A stretch of 64,000 bases of DNA from an uncultured Oscillospiraceae bacterium (GTDB lineage Bacteria > Bacillota > Clostridia > Oscillospirales > Ruminococcaceae). The stretch covers positions 28,809-92,808 of the forward strand of contig CAYWQL010000003.1 of NCBI GenBank assembly GCA_964460755.1, written 5' to 3'. Below are positions 9,052 to 18,775 of this stretch, piece by piece. How positions within the stretch are numbered: the first letter of the stretch is position 1; every line of letters starts with the position of its first letter. The translations under genes were made by a program, and so were the position numbers. The notes under the pieces are model-generated. The model had not been told where the DNA came from, ran no database searches, and was given only the letters and a program-made list of their open reading frames with translations.

Positions 9052-9223
9052 CAATGATAGCTCTCCACATAAAGTGACAGTTCGCTGCATTTTCTGCAAC
9101 GACCCAGCAACGCATTTTAAAAGGCAAAACACATCGCTTCGGCAAAAAACCCTTTCACCTGTCGGCAGACGCCCTTGTCCGTAATTGCCGACGCTACTCT
9201 TGCTTTTTGCGCCTCTATCATTG
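9052..9223 (-). promoter_or_regulatory. lysine riboswitch (L-box)
   Basis: The minus-strand RNA from 9223 to 9052 is closed by a 9-bp P1 helix (CAATGATAG / CTATCATTG). It carries AGAGGCGC, CAAGAGTA, GGTGAAAGGG, GCCGAAGC, GCTGGG, CTGTCAC and GGAGAGCTATC in the same order as the B. subtilis lysC leader. Confidence 0.85.
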
Positions 9224-9421
9224 TGTTGACCGAAAAAGGTCAATACAATAAAAGTATTCTACCGACAACGTTAGCACAAAGCCCCTTTGTTGTCAACACA
9301 TTGTACAAGAATTGTAACTGTTTTTTTACTATTTGGCGAACTTCGCCGCGAAATGTCACATTCGCTCTTTTTTGTGATATTATTTTTAATGCACTCTAAA
9401 TTACAAACAAGGAGCCTACTT

Positions 9422-10711
9422 ATGAAACTCAACACTAAGAGAACCGTTCTTGTCGGTCTTGCTTTTATGTCGATATGCGCCTTTTGGCAGGTATACGACG
9501 GCATTATCCCATTGATATTAAAATACACCTTCGGCTACGGCGACACCTTTACAAGCTCAATTATGGCGGTGGACAACATCTTAGCGCTGTTTATGCTTCC
9601 GCTTTTCGGTGTGCTGTCCGATAAAACCCACACAAAAATCGGCCGCCGTATGCCATATATTTTATGCGGCACGGCGCTTGCCGTCGTATCTATGATAGTC
9701 ATTCCCTTCGCCGACCAAGCGAAGAACTTTATACTTTTCTTCATCGCTCTGGGTGTCGTGCTCGTCTCTATGGCGACATACAGAAGCCCCGCCGTCGCGC
9801 TTATGCCCGACGTAACGCCTAAGCCCCTTCGCAGCCAGGCGAACGCCATAATAAACCTTATGGGCGCTGTGGGCGGCACGATTATGTTAGGTCTAATCAC
9901 CTTTCTTGTCCCGAAGGTGGACAACCCCGACTACACGACGGTTTTCCTTATCGCCGCGGGCATTATGGTCGTGTGCGTCACCGTTCTTTTCTTTACCGTC
10001 AACGAGCCGAAAACCGTTGCGCTTATGCGCGAGGAAAGCCGCTCTGTCGGAATAGAGGAGGAGCCTAAAGAAAATGAAAACGGTGAAAGCGACAAGCTTC
10101 CCAAGGACGTTCTCAACAGTCTTATCCTCATAGTCGTCACGGTCGCCCTGTTCTTTATGGGCTACAACGCCGTCACGACCTCCTTCTCGCGCTATTGCAT
10201 CGAGGTCTTTGGGCTAAAGGGCGGCGGCTACGCCACGGTTCTGACTATCGCCCAAATCGCGGCAATTCTCGCCTATCTTCCCGTCGGCTTTGTCGCAGGC
10301 AAAATCGGCAGAAGAAAAACGATTATGATTGGTCTTGCGCTTATGGCGATTTCCTTTATCGGCGCAACCTTCGTCTCGGCGATTACCCCCGCCGTTTATA
10401 TTCTCTTCGCCCTCGCGGGCGTCGGCAACGCCTTTGTCGTCGTCAACACCCTCGTTATGGTCGTTGAAATGAGCAAGGGCGCAACTATCGGAAAATTCAC
10501 GGGGCTTTACTACACCTTCAGTATGGCGGCGCAGATTGTTACACCCGTCGCGTCAGGCGCCGTGCTTGAGTTCGTAAGCTACCGCTATTTGTTCCCGTAT
10601 GCGGCGTTTTTCGAAATTCTCGGCATAGTCACGATGATTTTCGTCAAGCACGGCGACAGCAAGCCGATACCCAAGAAATCTGTTATTGAAGCCTACGACG
10701 TAGAGGACTGA
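9422..10711 (+). CDS. MFS transporter, SLC45/GPH-like
   Basis: The start was moved to ATG 9422 after AAGGAG. 12 predicted TM segments. Motifs GVLSDKTHTKIGRRMPYIL and ALMPDVTP resemble SLC45-type sugar symporters. Confidence 0.7.
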   Translation: MKLNTKRTVLVGLAFMSICAFWQVYDGIIPLILKYTFGYGDTFTSSIMAVDNILALFMLPLFGVLSDKTHTKIGRRMPYILCGTALAVVSMIVIPFADQAKNFILFFIALGVVLVSMATYRSPAVALMPDVTPKPLRSQANAIINLMGAVGGTIMLGLITFLVPKVDNPDYTTVFLIAAGIMVVCVTVLFFTVNEPKTVALMREESRSVGIEEEPKENENGESDKLPKDVLNSLILIVVTVALFFMGYNAVTTSFSRYCIEVFGLKGGGYATVLTIAQIAAILAYLPVGFVAGKIGRRKTIMIGLALMAISFIGATFVSAITPAVYILFALAGVGNAFVVVNTLVMVVEMSKGATIGKFTGLYYTFSMAAQIVTPVASGAVLEFVSYRYLFPYAAFFEILGIVTMIFVKHGDSKPIPKKSVIEAYDVED

Positions 10712-10740
10712 TTGACAAAAAAATCTGTAAGGAGGTAGCG

Positions 10741-11997
10741 ATGGCGGATAAAAACGAACTCCTGCATGAATATCACCCGTATGAAGACGAATATGTCAGA
10801 AACAATATTTCGCGCACCGGCAAAAAGTCTTTAAAAATGACAGCGCTTAAATTAGCCGCGGCGGCTTCTGCCGTGACCGCCCTCGTTTTCCTCGGGCAGC
10901 TTGGTGTGCGGTGCACCCTCGCCTCGGTCGGCTGTGACGCCGCCGAGGTTAAAGCGCATATATATAACGCCGGCGAAGCGCCCGACGCAAAAAGCGGGAT
11001 AAGATATATTCTTGAGGACGGCGAAAAACAGGTCGCCGCGGGGAATATTGCCTGTGTCGACGAGCTGCTGTCTTTTTCCGACCTTTCGCCCGACACAAAA
11101 TATCTTTTAAGCTTTTTTTCCGTCTCCGACGATTTCACCTCGCCCATAGGACAATACCGCTTTAAAACCCTTACGGGAGTCTTCGTCCTTCCCGCCGCGC
11201 TCAATATTCCAAAGAAACCCGAGCTCTTTACGTCGAACGCGGTTGAGGTAGACCCGCCGCCAAGCGAAATCCTTGTCGCGGAGCCGGTTCTTCCTTCTAA
11301 AATCAACCCCGCGTCCAATCCGATTACTCCTCCCGTCAAGCCCGCGCTTACTCCCCCCGCCTTGATGACCTCGGCGCTAATCTTTTCATCTGACGGAATA
11401 TACCTTGAATTTTCGCTCACGCCAAACGATGCAACCAACCTGTATTATACTTTCTCCGTTAATGGCGTCGCCGTTTCGACGGTCTCCGAAGCTGATTTTT
11501 CGGCGCTCGGTTTTCACAATTATGCATATGTAAACCCTGAACAAGTGGGTGCGGGAACGAACCTTCTTCACCTTGAAGTTTTTTATCTGCTTGACGGCGT
11601 TTCGCAGAGTCTTTCAATCGAAAAGACCTTTTCAACCGTTATCGTTTCGACGCCGAGCTCTCTTAATATGAGCTCGGCCGTAACCGAGAGCGGCGTTGCG
11701 CTTTCCGGCAGCGCGGCAACCTACAGCTGTGACAATGCCTTCGGAAGCGCTACCCTCACGGGAGTGACGGTCGCCTATACAAGCGTTGCGAACGCCACCG
11801 TGACCCAAACCCTTTCCGACTCGGAATACTCGGTCAACAGCGGCTCAATAAGCGTAAGCACCCTTCCGCTTGCCGAAGTTCCTCACAGCTCGCCCGTTGA
11901 ATTTCGATTTATCTTTTATTTCGACTGGCTGCCAAAGAACAGCGTCAGTTCCCTCCCGCTTACGCTTGAACGCACCGTAAGCATAAATGTCACATAA
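10741..11997 (+). CDS. hypothetical single-pass membrane-anchored surface protein
   Basis: 418 aa, AAGGAGG SD. Layout: a short acidic/His-rich cytoplasmic N-terminus, one TM segment (LKLAAAASAVTALVFLG), a Pro-rich linker, then Ser/Thr/Val-rich beta-like domains. I recognised no family. Confidence 0.6.
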   Translation: MADKNELLHEYHPYEDEYVRNNISRTGKKSLKMTALKLAAAASAVTALVFLGQLGVRCTLASVGCDAAEVKAHIYNAGEAPDAKSGIRYILEDGEKQVAAGNIACVDELLSFSDLSPDTKYLLSFFSVSDDFTSPIGQYRFKTLTGVFVLPAALNIPKKPELFTSNAVEVDPPPSEILVAEPVLPSKINPASNPITPPVKPALTPPALMTSALIFSSDGIYLEFSLTPNDATNLYYTFSVNGVAVSTVSEADFSALGFHNYAYVNPEQVGAGTNLLHLEVFYLLDGVSQSLSIEKTFSTVIVSTPSSLNMSSAVTESGVALSGSAATYSCDNAFGSATLTGVTVAYTSVANATVTQTLSDSEYSVNSGSISVSTLPLAEVPHSSPVEFRFIFYFDWLPKNSVSSLPLTLERTVSINVT

Positions 11998-12012
11998 GAG
12001 AGGACAAAAACC

Positions 12013-12969
12013 ATGAAACCTATAAACAAATCCGTAAAAAGACAAATCGCCATGCTTTTTGTGTTTGCCGCGATTCTCGTCATACTCTTCAATCCCCAAT
12101 GGATTCCCTTTTTGAGCGACGATACGGTTATGGCGATTCGCACCTCGACAGCAAATATGTTCGAGAGTGAAACCGACGGGAAAGGCGCACTGTTCGTTAC
12201 GCTGCCGAAGGTCGTTAATCTATTTATCGCCTTTGCTATCGTATTTTTGTGCAAAAACATTCTAAACATCATCATTAAAAGATGCAGCCCGAAAAACAGC
12301 CGAAGCCAAACGGTGGCGAGCCTTCTTGTAAGCGTGGTTAAGTACACCGCGGCGTTCGTCGTTATTGTCTGGGGACTTTCCATTCTCGGGGTCAACCTGA
12401 CGGGTATCTTCGCGAGTCTCGGCATACTCGGTCTTGTCGTCGGATTTGGCGCCCAAAGCCTCATTGAGGACATAATAACGGGCGTGTTCATTATCTTCGA
12501 GGGACAGTATAACATCGGCGATATCATAATTCTTGACGATTTTCGCGGCGTTGTTCGAAAAATAGGCGTTCGTACCACGACCATTGAGGACGTCGGCGGA
12601 AACGTGAAAATCGTAAACAATTCCGACATTCGCAACCTTCAAAACCGCTCAAATAATACGTCGGTCGCGATATGCGACGTCGGCATAAGCTATGACGAAA
12701 GCCTTCCCCGAGTGGAGAAAATTTTAAATGACGCCTTCCCCGCAATATTAAAAGCGAACGAGGACGTATTCAAGGATAAGCCTATTCTTCGCGGAGTTCA
12801 GGAGCTTGGCGCTTCGGCGGTCATTCTGAGAATAACGGTCGATACCTCCGAGGAAAACATCTTTATCTCTAACCGCCGCCTCAATCGAGAAATCAAGCTT
12901 CTTTTTGACAAAAACAAAATTGAAATTCCCTTCAATCAGCTGGTTCTTCACGACGCGGATAAAAAGTAA
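12013..12969 (+). CDS. mechanosensitive ion channel family protein (MscS-like)
   Basis: The core GLVVGFGAQSLIEDIITGVFIIFEGQYNIGDII is the MscS pore helix/beta-domain signature. Confidence 0.85.
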   Translation: MKPINKSVKRQIAMLFVFAAILVILFNPQWIPFLSDDTVMAIRTSTANMFESETDGKGALFVTLPKVVNLFIAFAIVFLCKNILNIIIKRCSPKNSRSQTVASLLVSVVKYTAAFVVIVWGLSILGVNLTGIFASLGILGLVVGFGAQSLIEDIITGVFIIFEGQYNIGDIIILDDFRGVVRKIGVRTTTIEDVGGNVKIVNNSDIRNLQNRSNNTSVAICDVGISYDESLPRVEKILNDAFPAILKANEDVFKDKPILRGVQELGASAVILRITVDTSEENIFISNRRLNREIKLLFDKNKIEIPFNQLVLHDADKK

Positions 12970-12989
12970 TCTACGGGAGGTATACCTGT

Positions 12990-14459
12990 TTGGCTAACAT
13001 CAAAAAGCTTACCCTGCTTCATTCGAACGATATGCACGGCGACTTTCTCGCCGAAAAAATTGACGACAAGCTGGTCGGCGGCGTTTCCATGCTTTCGGGC
13101 TACCTTAATAAGGTGCGCTCGGAGGAGGAAAACACCCTGTATGCTATCGCAGGCGATATGTTCAAGGGCTCGATTATCGACAGCGAATTCCGCGGGGTAT
13201 CTACAATCGAAATTATGAATATGCTTTCTCCTAATATTGCGACCCTCGGAAATCACGAAATAGACTATGGCATAGCTCACCTTCTTTTTCTCGAAAAATG
13301 CGCGAAGTTTCCGATAATCAACGCGAACCTGTTCATAAAGACCAACCACGTCCGTCTTTTTAACCCGTATAAGATTATTGAAATCGGCGGGCTTAACATA
13401 ATGTTTATCGGTATTATAACCGAAGAAATTTTAGCCCAAACAAAAACCGAAGGCATAATCGGCTCCTTTGTCGACGTGCGGGAGGCGGCAAGGGAAATCG
13501 GCGTCATCTGCGACAACTACAAAACAACCAAGGTCGATTATACCGTCATTCTTTCCCACATCGGCATAGAAGAAGACAAAAAGCTTGCGGCTCTTCTCGA
13601 CAAAAACCTCCGCGTCGACCTTATTATCGGCGGCCATAGCCACACCTTTATGGACGAGCCGATAACGGTTAACGGCATAGATATCGTTCAGGCGGGCACG
13701 GGCACAGACCTTATCGGGCGCTTCGACCTTGAGTTTGACCTTGATAAGAAAGCGCTTGTTTCAAAGAAGTGGAAATGCGTTCCCATAGACGACAAGCACT
13801 GCCCGACCGACCCCGTGCTTGAGGAGGTGCTTCATCGCTACAAGTCGCAGACCGATGAAAAGTATTCACGTATTATCGCCAAGCTTCCAAAGACCCTTAC
13901 CCATCCCGCGAGAACTATGGAAACGGCGCTTGGCAATCTTTTCGCCGACCTGCTTCAGGTTGACTCCTCCTTTGACGTTATGCTCTACGGCTCCGGAAGT
14001 ATTCGCAAAAAGGAGCTTGGTCCAATCGTCACCTATCAGGACCTTCAGGAATGCTGCCCCTATGACGACCCGATTTATATGCTCGAGGTCACCGGCTCGC
14101 AGTTTATCCATATGATGAGCTTTATGCTTCGTGAGCAGGCATACGAGGGCGACCATACCGAGTTCTATCAGGTGTCAAAGGGTATGCGTATGGTGTGGTC
14201 AAGAAAAGACCAGAAATTCAAGGAATTTACCCTTAACGGCGCTGAAATTAAAAGCGACGACCGAATAAAGGTCGCCCTTCAAAAATATCATTTTTCAAAC
14301 TTTGACGACTTCTTTGACGTCCCCCTTTCAGAGGTTGAAAAAAATCGCAAATCGCGAATTGTCGCGAACTCCTGCTTTTGTATCTTTGAGGAGCTTCTTG
14401 TGAACTCGGTCGGGCTTGATTCCGACGTTGAGGGAAGAATAGTTATTCTCGACAAATAG
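12990..14459 (+). CDS. bifunctional metallophosphatase / 5'-nucleotidase family protein, no signal peptide
   Basis: TTG start 9 nt after GGGAGG. Motifs HSNDMHGDF, GDMFKGS and GNHEIDYG, plus a C-terminal 5'-nucleotidase-type domain. Confidence 0.8.
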   Translation: MANIKKLTLLHSNDMHGDFLAEKIDDKLVGGVSMLSGYLNKVRSEEENTLYAIAGDMFKGSIIDSEFRGVSTIEIMNMLSPNIATLGNHEIDYGIAHLLFLEKCAKFPIINANLFIKTNHVRLFNPYKIIEIGGLNIMFIGIITEEILAQTKTEGIIGSFVDVREAAREIGVICDNYKTTKVDYTVILSHIGIEEDKKLAALLDKNLRVDLIIGGHSHTFMDEPITVNGIDIVQAGTGTDLIGRFDLEFDLDKKALVSKKWKCVPIDDKHCPTDPVLEEVLHRYKSQTDEKYSRIIAKLPKTLTHPARTMETALGNLFADLLQVDSSFDVMLYGSGSIRKKELGPIVTYQDLQECCPYDDPIYMLEVTGSQFIHMMSFMLREQAYEGDHTEFYQVSKGMRMVWSRKDQKFKEFTLNGAEIKSDDRIKVALQKYHFSNFDDFFDVPLSEVEKNRKSRIVANSCFCIFEELLVNSVGLDSDVEGRIVILDK

Positions 14460-14476
14460 TCGCTTTTTTATAGTTG

Positions 14477-14510
14477 CACCCCCTCGCTTTTTGTGAAGGG
14501 GGTGTTTTTT
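14477..14510 (+). terminator. intrinsic terminator ending the 9422-14459 operon
   Basis: CACCCCCT-N12-AGGGGGTG hairpin followed by T6. Confidence 0.8.
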
Positions 14511-14749
14511 CGCTTCTTTCACTTCTCTTTGGTCTATGGTTATAAAATATTTGAGAAAGACCTTTTCCGACTCGGAATTTCTGATAAATATTTTAATAAT
14601 ATCCAAGAAAAACGACATAGTAATACAAAAAAATATAAAAAAACAATAAATATTTTAGTAAATATCCAGAAAAGTAGTGAAATTGCATTGAAAGTGTGTC
14701 ATAATGTAACCAATAGGCAAATATGTGGTTTTTGACCGTGGGGGGCATT

Positions 14750-17700
14750 ATGAGCAAATCCGACAACACAAAAGACAACAAAAAGATTTCCTTGGAAAAG
14801 TCTTGGGATAACCTTGAGCTGTCGCATAAGATTGAAAGCGTTGCCGGTAAGGATTCGTCCGCGTCGCGAAACAACGACGTCATAAATATGCTCCTCGTCG
14901 AGGGCATTCGCCCCGTCCTTTTTGACTGGAACGTCGAAACCGGAAAATGCACAAAAAGCGACAGCGCGTCGGAATATGTCCTTTTCGATAGTTCGATTCC
15001 CGACATCTTCAGCAATCGTGTTTCCGCCGACGCGGTACACAAGGACGACCGCGCCAAGCTTCTTGAGGAAATAAGAACGAAAAAAGAGCTTGACGACCCC
15101 CGCGTTGAAATCACCCTGCGTCTAAAGAAAAAATCCGGCACATATGCGCTGTGTCGCCTTACGATAACCTATTTTAAAAATGACGACGGCGTATTAAAGC
15201 GCGCTATCGGAACGATACGCGAGGTCAGCATTTCCGACACGGCCGCTGACATTCAATTAAAGGCCCTTACGTCCTATATGGCGGCTGGGGTTATGATGCT
15301 TGAGGTTCGCAAAGACCGACTTTCGCTCATATATGTCAGCGAAAGCTATTTTACTATGTCCGGGCTTACCCGGCAGCAGCTTACAGCCTTTGAAAAAGAC
15401 CCGTTGAAGGTCATTGAACCGACGGATTATGAGAATCTTTTTTCTCAACTCACCCGTTCGCTAAAGCGCAACGAGGTTGTCGACGTGTCCTATCGCGTAA
15501 ACTACGGCGACGTTCAAAAATGGCGTCACGCGCGCGCGGTGAATATCCCATATGACAAGTCGGACTATCCCGTCTTTATCGTTGTACTCACTGATATTAC
15601 CGAAATGAAGCAGCAGGAGCTTGAGCTTAAAACCGCCAACGACCGCATTAATCTTGCGTTTTCCCTGCTTTCCACCTTAATATGGGAGCTTGATTTCAAG
15701 ACCAACCGCTTAACCCTTTGGAAGCCGTTCGGCGACTTCAAGATAAGCGTTGAAACCTTTGATAATTTTGAAAAAGACCTAATTAGCCTTGGCATTATCC
15801 ACCCTGACTCGGTCAAGGATTTCCTTGAATACGTCAGCATAATGAAATCGGGAGCGAAAAGCGGAAACGGCGCGATTATTATTAAGGACTCCGCGGGAAG
15901 ATACGTCTGGGCGAAGGAATCGTATCGTGTCGTATACGACGACGCGGGCGTCGCTCAAAAGGCGGTCGGCACGTCGGAAGAGCTTCCGAATATAGTCGAC
16001 GAAAAAACCCAGTTTCAACAGGAGGAGCTTATTCAGTCGGCGCTTAAGGAAAAGCTATTCTCGGTTTCACGCGTCAACCTTTCGAGCGGCGAGGTCGAGT
16101 TCTTCTACTTTGACGGCAACGACCATATGAACGCCCTTAAAGCAAAAACCCACGAGGAATTTATTAAGCTTTCCGCTAAGGGTATCTTCGGCGAAGAGGA
16201 CAAATACACCTTTGGCAAAAGATTTTCAAAGAAGGCGCTTGTCGAATCCTTCGAAAAGGGCAACCGTTGGTTCGGGCTTGATTATAAGCGCAAGAACAAG
16301 GCGGGCAAAATCGCGTGGTACACCGTGCTTGTTCACCTTATCAACGACCCGTTGAGCGGCGACCTTTACGGCTTCGGATACACCCTTAATGTGAACGAGC
16401 GCAAGGAGCGTGAGCTTGCCCTGCCGCAAAAGGTGGAGCGCGACTCAAACGCAATGGTTTACACTAAGGAAACGGTTAAAGCTTTCATATCGAACCTTAC
16501 CGAAAACGAAAAGAATAAAAACAAGCTCTGCGCGTTTTTGCTCATAGATATAAACGGAATTGACGAAATAAAGGAGAACGTCGGCATAAACGTTGCCGGA
16601 CGTGTTATTTTCCTCATCGGCCGTCTGTTCCGCGTTCTGTTTGACAACGAGGGCGTTATAGGAAGAATGCGCGAGGACCGCTTTGCCGTTTTCCTTCCCG
16701 CAGTGCTTTCCGCCTCGGACGCCGAGATAAAATCCAAGGAGCTTGTCCACACTATCCAGTCCTCCTTCGCTGAATCCGACGTCAACGAAAAAATTGATTT
16801 TTCGGTCGGCATCGCTGTGCTCAATTACAACGACGCTACCTTCAGCTCGCTTTACGACAGCGCCGACAGCGCGCTTGAACGCAACAAGCGTCAGCTTCAG
16901 GGCAACCAGTTTACCCTTTTTGACGCACAAAAGGAGTATTCAGACGAAACCTCCTTCCTCATTCTTTCCGAAGGTCGGTTCGTTGAGAAAGAGTTTTCGA
17001 TTAATTCCAAGGTGCACGACCAGACTATGCTCACCTCCTTCTTCGCGTGCGCCTCTTATATCGCGAACAACGAAAACATCGACGTTGCTATGCGTAACTT
17101 CCTTGAGGAAACGGCGAAGTATTACAAGTGCGACCGCGTTTATATTTTGAGCATATCCAACGACCTTAAGACTGTCAACGGACTTCACGAATGGCGAAAA
17201 TCTATGTATCGCCCGACTCTTGATTTGACAAAAAACGTTTCGATAAACAAGCTTCCCGCCGTCAAGAAATCGCTTGATACCCTTCATACAATTATTCTTC
17301 AATCTGTTAACCTTGAAAACGAGGAATCAAAGAGTGACAAAACCTTCATTTCCTCGCCGATAATTAAAAATTCAAGCGTAATCGGCTTTATTTGTATCGA
17401 CAATCCCACCAAGCACAGCGACGACATCGCGCTTGTCTATTCGCTCACCTCGCTTTTGTCGGTACTAAAAACCTTGACTCAAAACAGCGCGGAAAAAGAG
17501 CTTATCGCGTCGGACTACGACGCCCAGACAAACCTTCTAAACCGCACCCGTTATTGGCGCGACGTAACGTCTATGCAGCCCGACGCTCTTTCGTCGCTCG
17601 GCGTTATTTTTGCCGACGTCAACGGACTTAACAAGCTCAACAAGGAGCTTGGCACAGAATACGGCGACGGCATAATCAATTTTGTTGCCAACAATCTTCG

Positions 17701-18730
17701 CGAGATTTTCGGAGGCGACAGCGTCTACCGCATTTCGGGCGACGAGTTCGTTTCTCTTTCGAAAAACATTACCAACGAGGAATTCAACAAGCTTGCCGAG
17801 CACCTTCGCAACAACTTTGAATTCACCCACCCAAGCACGATAAGCGTCGGCTCAACATGGTCGGACAGCGGCATTAACGCACTTAAAATGGTCGACCACG
17901 CCGAAAGCCTTATGCATATGGATAAGCAGTCGCATTATCGCAAGCAGGAGGACGCCGGAAACCGCGAGCGCCCAAGGGTTTTACAAAACCTTCAAAAGTC
18001 GATAAACGACGGTATGTTCAAGGTTTATTTACAGCCCAAGGCAAATATTAAAACGGGCGAAATCGTCGGTGCGGAGGCTCTCGTGCGCCTTTTCGACCAG
18101 AATCAAGGAATAGTGTCCCCCGACAAGTTTATTCCGCTTTTCGAGAAAGAACAGGTCATTAAACACATCGACTACTTCGTGCTTGACCATTCGCTTCAAA
18201 TTATGGACGGCTGGAAGAAGGCGGGCAAAACCCTTATTCCGATTTCAGTCAATTTCTCGCGGGATACCCTTCTTGACCCCTCGTCGCTTGCGTATACGCT
18301 TGATATTTGTTCCCACTACGACATACCCCTCGATATGATAGAAATCGAGATAACCGAAAGCATAGGAAATATTGAACGCTCAACTATGTCTAACGCCTGC
18401 GAGCAGTTTATTAAACAAGGCTTCCTGCTTTCGCTCGACGATTTCGGCTCGGAATATTCAAGTCTTTCGGTTCTGTCGGCGATAAACTTTCATTCCCTTA
18501 AGCTCGACAAATCGATAATAAGCGATATTGTTACCAACCAAATGAGCAACTACATTGTCGAAAGCACAATTCGCCTTTGCAAGGAGGCGGGAATGATAAG
18601 CGTCGCGGAGGGCGTCGAAACCGAGGAGCAGTTAAACGCCGTAATGGAGCTCGGTTGCGACATAGCGCAGGGCTATTTCTTCAACAAGCCAATCCCCCCG
18701 GAGGATTTCGAGGAAAAGTACATAAGATAA
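14750..18730 (+). CDS. cytoplasmic multi-PAS / degenerate GGDEF / GAF / GGDEF(SGDEF) / EAL c-di-GMP signalling protein
   Basis: ATG 14750 follows GTGGGGGG. The first GGDEF site reads RMREDRF and the second RISGDEF. EAL motifs present: GAEALVRL, PISVNFS, EIEITES, DDFGSEYSS, VAEGVETEEQ and AQGYFF. Confidence 0.85.
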   Translation: MSKSDNTKDNKKISLEKSWDNLELSHKIESVAGKDSSASRNNDVINMLLVEGIRPVLFDWNVETGKCTKSDSASEYVLFDSSIPDIFSNRVSADAVHKDDRAKLLEEIRTKKELDDPRVEITLRLKKKSGTYALCRLTITYFKNDDGVLKRAIGTIREVSISDTAADIQLKALTSYMAAGVMMLEVRKDRLSLIYVSESYFTMSGLTRQQLTAFEKDPLKVIEPTDYENLFSQLTRSLKRNEVVDVSYRVNYGDVQKWRHARAVNIPYDKSDYPVFIVVLTDITEMKQQELELKTANDRINLAFSLLSTLIWELDFKTNRLTLWKPFGDFKISVETFDNFEKDLISLGIIHPDSVKDFLEYVSIMKSGAKSGNGAIIIKDSAGRYVWAKESYRVVYDDAGVAQKAVGTSEELPNIVDEKTQFQQEELIQSALKEKLFSVSRVNLSSGEVEFFYFDGNDHMNALKAKTHEEFIKLSAKGIFGEEDKYTFGKRFSKKALVESFEKGNRWFGLDYKRKNKAGKIAWYTVLVHLINDPLSGDLYGFGYTLNVNERKERELALPQKVERDSNAMVYTKETVKAFISNLTENEKNKNKLCAFLLIDINGIDEIKENVGINVAGRVIFLIGRLFRVLFDNEGVIGRMREDRFAVFLPAVLSASDAEIKSKELVHTIQSSFAESDVNEKIDFSVGIAVLNYNDATFSSLYDSADSALERNKRQLQGNQFTLFDAQKEYSDETSFLILSEGRFVEKEFSINSKVHDQTMLTSFFACASYIANNENIDVAMRNFLEETAKYYKCDRVYILSISNDLKTVNGLHEWRKSMYRPTLDLTKNVSINKLPAVKKSLDTLHTIILQSVNLENEESKSDKTFISSPIIKNSSVIGFICIDNPTKHSDDIALVYSLTSLLSVLKTLTQNSAEKELIASDYDAQTNLLNRTRYWRDVTSMQPDALSSLGVIFADVNGLNKLNKELGTEYGDGIINFVANNLREIFGGDSVYRISGDEFVSLSKNITNEEFNKLAEHLRNNFEFTHPSTISVGSTWSDSGINALKMVDHAESLMHMDKQSHYRKQEDAGNRERPRVLQNLQKSINDGMFKVYLQPKANIKTGEIVGAEALVRLFDQNQGIVSPDKFIPLFEKEQVIKHIDYFVLDHSLQIMDGWKKAGKTLIPISVNFSRDTLLDPSSLAYTLDICSHYDIPLDMIEIEITESIGNIERSTMSNACEQFIKQGFLLSLDDFGSEYSSLSVLSAINFHSLKLDKSIISDIVTNQMSNYIVESTIRLCKEAGMISVAEGVETEEQLNAVMELGCDIAQGYFFNKPIPPEDFEEKYIR

Positions 18731-18733
18731 GAA

Positions 18734-18772
18734 AAGACCTCTTTGCCGAACGGCAAAGAGGTCTTTATTCTT
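18734..18772. terminator. bidirectional intrinsic terminator
   Basis: AAGACCTCTTTGCCG / CGGCAAAGAGGTCTT perfect hairpin followed by a T-rich tract. Confidence 0.85.
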
Positions 18773-18775
18773 TTC

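Noticed and set aside
9052-9223. My first reading of this leader was a T-box (AGAGTA, GGTGAAA and a GTGGAACC-like string).
   Set aside because: There is no credible specifier loop or T-box 14-mer upstream of the terminator. The whole element instead aligns block by block with the L-box (lysC-type) riboswitch and is closed by a 9-bp P1 helix.
8941-9243. A 101-codon N-terminal extension of the substrate-binding-protein ORF (track ORF 8116-9243).
   Set aside because: The extension runs through the lysine riboswitch and its terminator. A canonical lipoprotein signal peptide with a good SD starts at 8940.
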